Positions 57,401 through 64,000 of a DNA stretch of 64,000 nucleotides are shown here, one piece after another (the first letter of the stretch is position 1; each line of letters begins with the position of its first letter). Source of the DNA: Roseibacillus sp. (lineage in GTDB: Bacteria; Verrucomicrobiota; Verrucomicrobiia; Verrucomicrobiales; Akkermansiaceae). A program made the translations under genes and the position numbers. The stretch spans positions 64,001 through 128,000 of the forward strand of contig CBDEUM010000039.1 of NCBI GenBank assembly GCA_965242925.1, in the 5' to 3' direction. The notes beneath the pieces were generated by a model. That model was not told the origin of the DNA. It saw only the letters and a program-made list of their open reading frames with translations, and ran no database searches.

Positions 57401-58333
57401 GGCAGCCAGTTGCTCCTCCTCCTCCTGGAAGCGCTGGGAAATCCGCTCCGAACAGACAGCCCAGGCCCGCCTTGTCCTCTCAATCTGCTCCGCCACCGCC
57501 CCAGCCGCCGGCTCTGCTCCTCCGCCGGTGGCCAATTGCAGCAGGAAAATGAGAAGGACGGTACCCCCGGCCACCCAACCCGCAAGCGACCAGACCGCTT
57601 CTCCTCCCTCCCAGAAGTTGGAGAGGTAAACAGCGGCACCCCATCCCAGAACCAATAAAAGCCACCAGGGGAAAACGCTCAGCAATCGCGCCAGGCCGTT
57701 TTTCCTGAAGACGGCCAGCTTCTCTTCTCCCTCCGCAATCCCCTTCCGCACACGTTCCAGGAAGTCCGGTGTCTGTCCGGAGGTGTCCAACTCACCCAGC
57801 TCGAGGGATTCTCCATAGGCCGGGTTGAGCTTCTTCTGGAAACGCGGATAGCCGCGCATCGCACCACTGCTCTTCCGCTGTAACTTGTGAAGGTTCTGTT
57901 TTTCCTGCTCCAGCTCGGCATGCAACCCCTGGTACATCCCGGTCAGCTTTTCCAGAGACTGTTGCCGCGTGACCTTGTCGGTCACGGACCGGACCTGCAG
58001 CTCGGAGGCCGTCTTGCCCTTCAGTTCTTCCGCCCGCCGGGACAACAGACGCTTGCTGGCTGGAAGCGCGAGCTCAATCCACTCCACCCTCGCTGCATGA
58101 CGGGTTTCGGCGTGTTCCTTCTCGTCAGCCGAACGAGCCTCCGCCGTCGTGATGGCTGTCTCCAGCAGTTCCTTTTCCTTCTCCCCTCCCTGCTCAAAGG
58201 CCCGCTTGGCGGCAAAGCTCCTGGTCCGCCGCAGCTTGGCAGCCGCCTCCTCGCGCTCCGAAAACTCCCCGATCGCCCCCGCCAGTCCATTGGCGAGTTC
58301 CAATCCTCTACTGACTCCAAGTCTAGTCCTCAC
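54449..58333 (-). CDS. Membrane-anchored FtsK/SpoIIIE-family ATPase, EssC/EccC-like
   Basis: Coiled coil, two TMs (about aa 216-268), coiled coil, then three RecA-like units; the middle one has Walker A GKTGSGKST (56050-56024), YLVDFKKGVEF, Walker B LLIIDEFQ and RQGRAFGIHVLLGSQ. Confidence 0.9.
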   Translation of the reverse strand: MRTRLGVSRGLELANGLAGAIGEFSEREEAAAKLRRTRSFAAKRAFEQGGEKEKELLETAITTAEARSADEKEHAETRHAARVEWIELALPASKRLLSRRAEELKGKTASELQVRSVTDKVTRQQSLEKLTGMYQGLHAELEQEKQNLHKLQRKSSGAMRGYPRFQKKLNPAYGESLELGELDTSGQTPDFLERVRKGIAEGEEKLAVFRKNGLARLLSVFPWWLLLVLGWGAAVYLSNFWEGGEAVWSLAGWVAGGTVLLIFLLQLATGGGAEPAAGAVAEQIERTRRAWAVCSERISQRFQEEEEQLAAEEAAGENRWVQADEAASKLREEGGGRIEEKYQRARARNDEMRDRIVGPLNSLHEGRLEELQQGAADRIASLQAEHDEEVGEAEETYEEARNEMEAEWTARVQSIYQEAGVIAESLAPLTPPWEQSYLERWQPSAELHDVARFGRVSVAGDTLAEELNLSLPDARAIEVPMALQLPHDGSLLFETDGFGRETALEALNNIILRLLATTPPGKLNFTIIDPVGLGENFAGIMHLADYEDSVINGRIWTQRGQIEEKLGELNEHIEKVIQMYLRNEYDTITDYNEQAGNIAEKYHFLVIADFPSGFSETAAKRLQSIAMSGPRCGIYTLMHWDHQQTGGPAEMMPEVLRENSIRIRCEGDRFLVGTNDQNGTPLEFDPAPDPEIAIEFIHKIGASSVDANRVEVPFQHVIPKEGEFWSSDTTNELRVPIGRTGATKLQYLAIGKGTRQHALFAGKTGSGKSTLFHVIISNLSLWCNPDQVEFYLVDFKKGVEFKCYAAARLPHARVVAIESDREFGLSVLKRVDEELKRRGDMFRKLGVQDVAGYKRAGGSESVPRSLLIIDEFQELFVEDDRIAQDASVLLDRIVRQGRAFGIHVLLGSQTLGGAYSMARTTMGQMVIRVALQCNESDAYLIMDDSNPAPRMLTRPGEGIYNDSAGALEANSPFQVVWLPDEERDQSLQHVLKIAEENSYDCSTPIVFEGNSPADVGENGLLHGLLHAEAVESSFSKRSWLGSPNSIKGPTEATFHRQSGNNLIVIGQREEAALAMLAVSLVSLSAQSAKGGIRFIVCDGTTPGSSESAFLQRVVEAVPHQVEVVKNNDLPRVMGELGEEMKRRAADEEIAANDPPVFLLIHNLQKFKNLKHEDDFDFSFDSDDAGPNPGAQLNEIVTEGTGYGLHVMATVDTSNNVNRFLSRKALSEFEMRVIFQMSQNDSAALVDSPAASNLGMHRALFYNEHEGSLETFRPYALPGNAWVEEAGKELGRLLG

Positions 58334-58538
58334 AATCGCGCCGGGCTCTGGTTACAATCTTGTCGATCTCCTCGATCACCCGGATGGCTGCCGAGATATC
58401 GTCGGGAAGCGTTTCAATAAAGTCCTTTTCGAACTCTCTCTGCCTGCTGTCACGCCAATGGGCCTTCACCTGGTCCCAGCTCTGCAGGATGGCCTTGGTG
58501 GACTTGGTCAGTTTCACCGCACTCGCTCTCGCGCTCAT
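58323..58538 (-). CDS. 71-aa WXG100-like helical protein (W-R-D)
   Basis: HWRDSRQREFEKDF aligns by eye with TWKDQENQKFAEEF of the 59130 protein; ATGA-coupled to the upstream gene and overlaps the ATPase start by 11 bp. Confidence 0.78.
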   Translation of the reverse strand: MSARASAVKLTKSTKAILQSWDQVKAHWRDSRQREFEKDFIETLPDDISAAIRVIEEIDKIVTRARRDCED

Positions 58539-59104
58539 GCCGCCCCCCCTTCCTCTGCAGCGGACCCCTTCTCCGCCCTCTCCTCTTCCTTCTCTGCCCC
58601 CGCGTCCGGTCCATCGCTCCCTCCGCCCTCCGACGCGATGCGGGTGTAATCGTCGAGGGTCCGCTCCGCCTGCGCAAGGGAGGAGACCGCCTTGGGCAGA
58701 TCATGGGACGCAAAGTGCTGCATGCCATCCAGCTTCTTGATCAGAGGCTCGACCAGACTATCGTAATTGCGAATCCACTTCTGCAGCGCCTTGGCCCGCT
58801 CCTCGGTCTCCCTGACCATCCGCCGGAGCCGCGTAACCGCCATCTGCCGTGCCGCACTGTGGCTTGTCATGGCGCTGAGACGCGAGGTGAACAACTCGGC
58901 CTCCGCCTGCTCCAGTTGCTTGCGCAGACGTTTGAGCTGCCCACCCCAGTAGGCCCGTTGATCCACCTGCAGCCACGTCCGCATGCGGCGCACTTCGTCA
59001 CGCACCTCGTCCAGGGCATTCCCCACCGAGCCCATGTAGATGATAAGGCTCGAGCGGAATGAAGTGAGTGCGTCAACTGATGTGACCTTGGCCTGCCGGT
59101 CCAT
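58535..59104 (-). CDS. 189-aa all-helical protein, WXG100-associated
   Basis: Amphipathic heptads, YWGG turn, C-terminal LAQAERTLDDY resembling LRKAQRIEEY of the WXG100 protein, acidic tail; coupled within the operon. Confidence 0.78.
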   Translation of the reverse strand: MDRQAKVTSVDALTSFRSSLIIYMGSVGNALDEVRDEVRRMRTWLQVDQRAYWGGQLKRLRKQLEQAEAELFTSRLSAMTSHSAARQMAVTRLRRMVRETEERAKALQKWIRNYDSLVEPLIKKLDGMQHFASHDLPKAVSSLAQAERTLDDYTRIASEGGGSDGPDAGAEKEEERAEKGSAAEEGGAA

Positions 59105-59129
59105 GCAAAAACGGGGGGTGACAATCTGC

Positions 59130-59402
59130 CTAGCGCTGGTCGAGGTATTCCTCGATCCGCTGCGCCTTGCGCAACAGGAAGGGTGTATGTTTCTCGGAGA
59201 TCTCGATAAACTTCTTCAGTGCCTTCATCGTTCCGACAAACTCTTCCGCGAATTTCTGGTTCTCCTGGTCCTTCCAGGTATCCCCCAGGGCAGTGAACCG
59301 GGACTGCAGGGACGATGCCTTCACCTGGAGTTCGTCATTGAATCGTTTCAGTTCCTTGGCGAACCGCCGGACTTCATCCGGATCCATTATTGCCTGGGAC
59401 AT
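59130..59402 (-). CDS. WXG100-family (ESAT-6-like) protein, W-K-D variant
   Basis: 90 aa from ATG 59402: MDPDEVRRFAKEL N-terminus, central TWKD turn followed by F..EF, helix-turn-helix length, C-terminal LRKAQRIEEY; upstream of an FtsK ATPase. Confidence 0.88.
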   Translation of the reverse strand: MSQAIMDPDEVRRFAKELKRFNDELQVKASSLQSRFTALGDTWKDQENQKFAEEFVGTMKALKKFIEISEKHTPFLLRKAQRIEEYLDQR

Positions 59403-59544
59403 AGCTGTGATCGAGTGCGGGAGGTGTTTGAAGTCTGGGATCACCGCCTGCGACCGGCAAGGACAGATCTCTACGTATATCAGTGAAACCCTGCTCCAGA
59501 GAGAAAGTTTCCTTAAAGATGCCCCTCCCCGGCAGGGCACAGAG

Positions 59545-62307
59545 TCACTGCCCGTCAGCTGCAAGGTAGGCCAGCAGGTTGGCCATCTCCTGCAGACTCA
59601 GTCCACTCTCAAGCCCGGTCGGCATGAGGGAACGATTCAGATTCACCAGTCTCGCGATCTCCTTCCGCGCGACCTTGCGTGAGGTGCCGTCAGCGAACCA
59701 GAGGGTCAACTCCCTGGCATCCTCCTCCGAGATCACACCCGCCAGCATTGCGCCATCCTGCAGGTGGACTTCCCACAGGGAATACTGCGGAGCAACTTCG
59801 CGGTCCGGGGCAAGCAGGTTTTCCAGCAGCATGGGGGCACCCTTGTTGCGAAGAGTCGCAAGATCCGGTCCCGCTCCATTCTGTCCGCTCTTGTGACAAA
59901 GGGCACAACGCTGCCCGAAGAGAACCTTCCCCTCCCTGCCGTCACCCTCCAGCCTGAGAGCCGGACGGTAATGCGCCGTGGCCTCATCCCGTGTCAGGAC
60001 TCTCTCCTCCCCGAAAATCGCTACCGCCCGCCCGCTCAATTTCTGATCGAGGTGGGAACGCAGACCCTGCTGTTGCTGGAACCCGACCTCGCTCGCTGCC
60101 ACCCGCTTCTCTTCGATGGCGGAGAGAACTGTCGCTGCCGACATCCTGGTCAGCAGACTCCCCCTCGCCCGCACCGGAATCTTTTCCCACTGGTCCAGGG
60201 CCTCCCCCTCCCACTCACTGGCTGGTCGGCGCAACAGCGCCGGGAAAGCGGAATTCTCCCCTTCACCCTCCACCACCCACGCCAACAGATTCCCCGCCCC
60301 GGTCTCAGGATGATTTGCCAGCACCCACCGGGCAGCGTCCCGTTGTTCCCCCGGCGGTTCTCCCTTGCCCATTTTCTCCCGCGCCTGGACAACCAACGCC
60401 CGGGCCATGGGATGATCACTGGCAACCCCGGCATCCCGCAGGAGCTTCACTGCCCGGGAAAAGTCATCCTGCCTGCCAACCAGTTCCGCCAGGACTCCAT
60501 GAATCCTGGCGGCAGCCAGAGTCACCCCTCTCATCCAGGGATCTTCCCGGGCCGCCTCCAGAAATCGCCCGAGCACTCCCACGGTCACCTCTTCCCCGGG
60601 ATCGAGCGTTCGCAGGACCGCTTCGAAGCGCACACCGTGATCAGCATCCCGCGACCAGGCCTCCAGGCGATCGGCGTCCACCTCCATCCACATCCGCACC
60701 AGCTGCTGGCGCACTTCGGGACTGGATTCACCCTCCCACAACTGAAGGGCCTCCTCTTCCGTCAGTGGCCGGAGCCGTGCCAGGAGCCGGAGCGCCTGCG
60801 TCCGCGCCCGCGGGTCCCGCATCCGGTCCCGTGCCAGCCCGGCCACCAAGTCCGCCGCGCCTTGTTCTTTCCGTTCCAGCAGGAGACGCATGGCCGTGTC
60901 GCGCTCCCAGCCGTTGCCGCTTTCCAGCAACTTCACCAGGCCGGCTACCGTCAACCGGGACCGCTCCGCAGGGGCCGTGGTCCTGAAGTCTTCCGGAACC
61001 ACCCGCCAGATCCGTCCCCGGTCCGTCCCGCTGTAGAGATCGAGGTGTTTCTTGATGGACTCCGGAATCGACCAGGGATGCTCGATGGTCTCACGGTACA
61101 TATCCACCACGTAGAGTGCCCCATCCGGACCATTGGCACACTGCACCGGGCGGAACCAGTTGTCACTGGAAGCCAGGAATTCCGACCTTTTCAGCAGATC
61201 CGGTCTCCGTGCCACCGGCTGCACCCGGTCCTTCGGAAACTCAATCAACTTCTGGTGCACCAGGTTGCTTCCCACGTCCCCTACGAAAACAGTCCCCTGC
61301 TGGTCCCTGTCGAAGGCATCTCCACGATAAACCGTCAATCCGCTCGCGGAGGTAAAGTATCCAGCCGCCCGACCTCCTCCCTCCACCGGCCCCATCACCC
61401 TGCCCTGCACCCGCCACCGGGTCCGCACCACCCGCCACGGTTCCACTCCGCTGATGCGGAAGACCTCCGCCGCCCCCCCGTCGACCGGAATCTCCACCAG
61501 GGGATGAGGCAACCCACCCATCCGATTCCAGGGCCACGAGTAGATCACCGCCATGAGATGCCGGCTGTTGCTGCAGACATAGCGTCGCCCGAAGTCATCG
61601 AAGGTCAGTCCGAACTGCGCCGTTCCCGACTCCGGGCGCAGGATGAGCGACTCCGGGTCGAAGGAAAAATCCGATCCGCGGAGATCCAGTCCCCCGCTCT
61701 TTTCCGACTCCATTCTTACAGTCCCCGCGTTCGAGGAGGTGGAGCCGTAAATCCGCCCGTCCGGTCCCCATTGCAGGTTGTTGACCAGGGCCTGCATGTT
61801 GAGGGGATCCTGGCCAGCGCCGAATCCGGTGAAGACGGTCCTGCGTTCCTCGGCCACTCCGTCCCCGTCATGGTCGCCAAGATAAAGAATGTCTGGCGAG
61901 GCCGTGACGAAGACGCCCCCCTTCCAGCAGACCACCCCGGTGGGCCACTTCAGATTGTCTGCAAATACAGTGGCATGTTCGTAGCGGCCATCCCGGTCAC
62001 GGTCCTCAAGAAGCCGGATCCGACCCAGTGCCTGCTCCCGGCGTTCGGGGTAACCCCGCATCTCAGTAACGAAGAGCCGCCCATCTTCATCGAAGGCGAT
62101 CGCCACCGGATCGACCACCTGCGGTTCGCAGGCAGCAACTTCAATCCGGAAGCCCGATGCGAGTTGGAATGAAGCAGCCGCAGCCGCTGGATCCAGAGGG
62201 GCAATACGCGGTAATTCGGCGGGGTCGGGCTCGGGTTCACCCGCGTCCACAACCCTGCCCGCAAGAAGCACAACCAGAACGAGAGAGGACCAGAATTTCG
62301 TGAGCAT
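59545..62307 (-). CDS. PVC-type membrane-bound dehydrogenase-like beta-propeller / HEAT-like / cytochrome c protein
   Basis: Signal peptide; EPQVVDPVAIAFDEDGRLFV, DNWFRPV..GPDGALYVVDMYR, GRIWRV; C-terminal CALCH haem motif, SLMPTGLE. Confidence 0.88.
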   Translation of the reverse strand: MLTKFWSSLVLVVLLAGRVVDAGEPEPDPAELPRIAPLDPAAAAASFQLASGFRIEVAACEPQVVDPVAIAFDEDGRLFVTEMRGYPERREQALGRIRLLEDRDRDGRYEHATVFADNLKWPTGVVCWKGGVFVTASPDILYLGDHDGDGVAEERRTVFTGFGAGQDPLNMQALVNNLQWGPDGRIYGSTSSNAGTVRMESEKSGGLDLRGSDFSFDPESLILRPESGTAQFGLTFDDFGRRYVCSNSRHLMAVIYSWPWNRMGGLPHPLVEIPVDGGAAEVFRISGVEPWRVVRTRWRVQGRVMGPVEGGGRAAGYFTSASGLTVYRGDAFDRDQQGTVFVGDVGSNLVHQKLIEFPKDRVQPVARRPDLLKRSEFLASSDNWFRPVQCANGPDGALYVVDMYRETIEHPWSIPESIKKHLDLYSGTDRGRIWRVVPEDFRTTAPAERSRLTVAGLVKLLESGNGWERDTAMRLLLERKEQGAADLVAGLARDRMRDPRARTQALRLLARLRPLTEEEALQLWEGESSPEVRQQLVRMWMEVDADRLEAWSRDADHGVRFEAVLRTLDPGEEVTVGVLGRFLEAAREDPWMRGVTLAAARIHGVLAELVGRQDDFSRAVKLLRDAGVASDHPMARALVVQAREKMGKGEPPGEQRDAARWVLANHPETGAGNLLAWVVEGEGENSAFPALLRRPASEWEGEALDQWEKIPVRARGSLLTRMSAATVLSAIEEKRVAASEVGFQQQQGLRSHLDQKLSGRAVAIFGEERVLTRDEATAHYRPALRLEGDGREGKVLFGQRCALCHKSGQNGAGPDLATLRNKGAPMLLENLLAPDREVAPQYSLWEVHLQDGAMLAGVISEEDARELTLWFADGTSRKVARKEIARLVNLNRSLMPTGLESGLSLQEMANLLAYLAADGQ

Positions 62308-62527
62308 TGGGAGTCTCCTTCCCGGACGGGGCAACAGGAGCACGAATTACAGCCCTTGACTACCATTATCACGCTTCCCTGCCACCCAGGACACCTCCTT
62401 CGGAAAGGATTCCAGACCCCGCACCGGCATGACTGTCTATCATCCGTCCCGAACATCCTGAAGCAAGTCCCCCTCTTCTCTGGGCCTTTGACTTTCCCGC
62501 CTGCGATCTCTAGAGCTACCACTGCCC

Positions 62528-63214
62528 ATGCACAAACCCACCGTCCAGATTTCCCTCGATCTCATCGACCTCGATGAAGCAATCGATACCGCCGCCATGG
62601 CCCTGCGGGCGGGAGTGGATTGGCTGGAAGCGGGCACCCCACTTCTTCTCGCCCATGGACTGCACTCCGTCAGCGCGCTCCGCGAGAACTTCCCCCAGGC
62701 TCCTATCGTGGCCGACCTGAAAACGATGGACGGAGGGTACCTGGAAGCCGAGATGATGGCCAAGGCTGGCGCCACTCACGTGGTGGTCATGGCCCGGTCC
62801 CACGAAGAAACGGTCAAGTGTGTGGTTCAGTGCGGGATGGACTACGGGGTGGGGATCATGGGTGACAACCTGGGTTGCCCCGACATGGTCGAGGGTGCCC
62901 GGAAACTGGAGGATCTCGGCTGCGGCTACATTGTTCACCACATCGGCTACGACGAACGCCGCGGTATTGCCGCTGCCGGCAACCGCATGCCCAGCCCGCT
63001 AGACCAGTTGGAAGAGGTGGTCGGAGCCGTTTCCGTGCCCGTCCAGGCGGTGGGCGGATTGTCCCTCGAGCAGGCCGTGGCCTGTCCCTCCTACGGCGCA
63101 CCCCTCGTCGTCCTGGGAGCACCCCTCACCATCGACGCCGACTCCTTCCAGACCGCCTCCGGGGATGTGGAAGCTTCCCTGAAAATGATCTGTGATCAGG
63201 TGCACAGCACCTGA
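62528..63214 (+). CDS. HUMPS/OMP-decarboxylase-superfamily enzyme (3-hexulose-6-phosphate synthase / 3-keto-L-gulonate-6-P decarboxylase-like)
   Basis: VQISLD, WLEAGTPL, IVADLKTMDGGYLEA (DxKxxD), AVGGL. Confidence 0.85.
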   Translation: MHKPTVQISLDLIDLDEAIDTAAMALRAGVDWLEAGTPLLLAHGLHSVSALRENFPQAPIVADLKTMDGGYLEAEMMAKAGATHVVVMARSHEETVKCVVQCGMDYGVGIMGDNLGCPDMVEGARKLEDLGCGYIVHHIGYDERRGIAAAGNRMPSPLDQLEEVVGAVSVPVQAVGGLSLEQAVACPSYGAPLVVLGAPLTIDADSFQTASGDVEASLKMICDQVHST

Positions 63215-63236
63215 ATTCGTTATCCAGCAACTCACC

Positions 63237-64000
63237 ATGCGGCTGAAAGACAAACGCATCCTCGTCACCGGTTCCACCACCGGAATCGGAAAGGCCATCG
63301 CCCAGCGTTTCGTGCAGGAGGGCGCCCGCGTTCTCATTCACGGCCTGGAGGAAGACCTGGCCCGGGAAACCGCAGCCGAACTGGATGGAGCCCCCTACCA
63401 TGTCTCGGACCTGTCCGATCCGGCCGTCCCGGCCCAGTTGGTGGAGGCCGCGATCGGGGAACTGGGAGGACTGGACGGTCTCGTCAACAATGCCGGGGTC
63501 GTCACGCGGCGCCAGCCTGCCGACATGACCCTTGAGATCTGGGACTGGACTTACGCCATCAACGTGCGTGCTCCCTTCCTCCTCATCCAGGCCTCCCTTG
63601 AGGAACTCTCCAGCAACAAGGGACGGGTCCTGAATATCGGATCGGTGAATGCCCACGGTGGCGAATCATACTTCGCCGCCTACGCCAGCTCCAAGGGAGC
63701 CCTCATGGCCCTGACCCGCAATCTCGGCGACACCCTCCACCGGGACTATGGTGTGGTTGTCAACCAGATCAATCCCGGCTGGGTCCTCACCGAAAACGAA
63801 TCAGCCCGCAAGCAGGAAGATGGTCTCGACCCGGACTGGCACACCAAACTTCCCAGGATCTATGCCCCCGCCGGCCGCATCCTCAGGTCCGGAGAAATCG
63901 CCGCCGGGGCCGTCTACTGGCTCGACGACGCCACGGGCCCGGTCAGTGGCTGTGTGGTGGAACTTGAGCAGTATCCCGCTCACGGGCGAAACCCGGACAA
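63237..64000 (+). CDS. SDR-family oxidoreductase (3' end beyond the window; absent from the ORF track)
   Basis: Hand translation from ATG 63237: MRLKDKRILVTGSTTGIGKAIA (TGxxxGIG), LVNNAG, NIGS, YASSK (YxxxK), INPGWV; no stop before 64000. Confidence 0.92.
   Translation, partial: MRLKDKRILVTGSTTGIGKAIAQRFVQEGARVLIHGLEEDLARETAAELDGAPYHVSDLSDPAVPAQLVEAAIGELGGLDGLVNNAGVVTRRQPADMTLEIWDWTYAINVRAPFLLIQASLEELSSNKGRVLNIGSVNAHGGESYFAAYASSKGALMALTRNLGDTLHRDYGVVVNQINPGWVLTENESARKQEDGLDPDWHTKLPRIYAPAGRILRSGEIAAGAVYWLDDATGPVSGCVVELEQYPAHGRNPD

Noticed and set aside
54449..58333. Cell-division FtsK or an ICE/plasmid coupling protein
   Set aside because: No recognisable gamma domain or four-TM N-terminus; it has multiple RecA-like units and WXG100-like neighbours; no relaxase, integrase or tra genes nearby
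59430..59515. Promoter candidates for the WXG100 operon (minus-strand TTGCCG-17-CAGACT and GGAAAC-17-GTTTCA)
   Set aside because: Matches are too weak to call without TSS data
59403..59564. 144-aa version of the WXG100 ORF starting at 59564
   Set aside because: The extension overlaps the upstream gene and does not look protein-like; ATG 59402 gives the typical length of about 90 aa
62528..63214. pyrF or hxlA gene symbol
   Set aside because: The superfamily is clear but the specific function is not; the context lacks pyr genes and hxlB

Overview
High-GC bacterial chromosomal segment of about 51 genes. It is probably from a Verrucomicrobiota/PVC-group genome, inferred from a PVC-type CxxCH membrane dehydrogenase, an H-X9-DG-type pseudopilin, an ECF sigma/Ser-Thr kinase pair, expanded PQQ-like propellers and sulfatases. 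Contents: housekeeping genes (glnS, rpsP, plsY, gpsA, an RlmI-like methyltransferase, a cyclophilin); a MoxR/DUF58/vWA/ABC cluster split by a sugar-acid catabolic block; a cysteine/sulfur-assimilation cluster (cysE, CymR-like Rrf2, cysK, cysH, cysI); an ECF sigma-kinase-OsmC operon; two sulfatases; and a DUF6600-like lipoprotein with a long repeat tail. The most notable feature is a compact four-gene operon at 54.4-59.4 kb. It encodes a WXG100-like protein (W-K-D variant), two further helical WXG100-like proteins and a 1294-aa membrane-anchored FtsK/EssC-like ATPase. This looks like a minimal type VII-secretion-like system in a presumed diderm, with no other recognisable T7SS component beside it. 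A second unexpected signal is that CysH ends in ...DFQI and the Rrf2 regulator in ...MYFI, both resembling CysK-docking tails, while CysE lacks the terminal Ile. Several single-base frameshifts and two repeat-flanked insertions suggest an imperfectly polished long-read assembly. I saw no rRNA, tRNA, CRISPR array, integrase or transposase. All calls come from motif recognition by eye; no searches were run.
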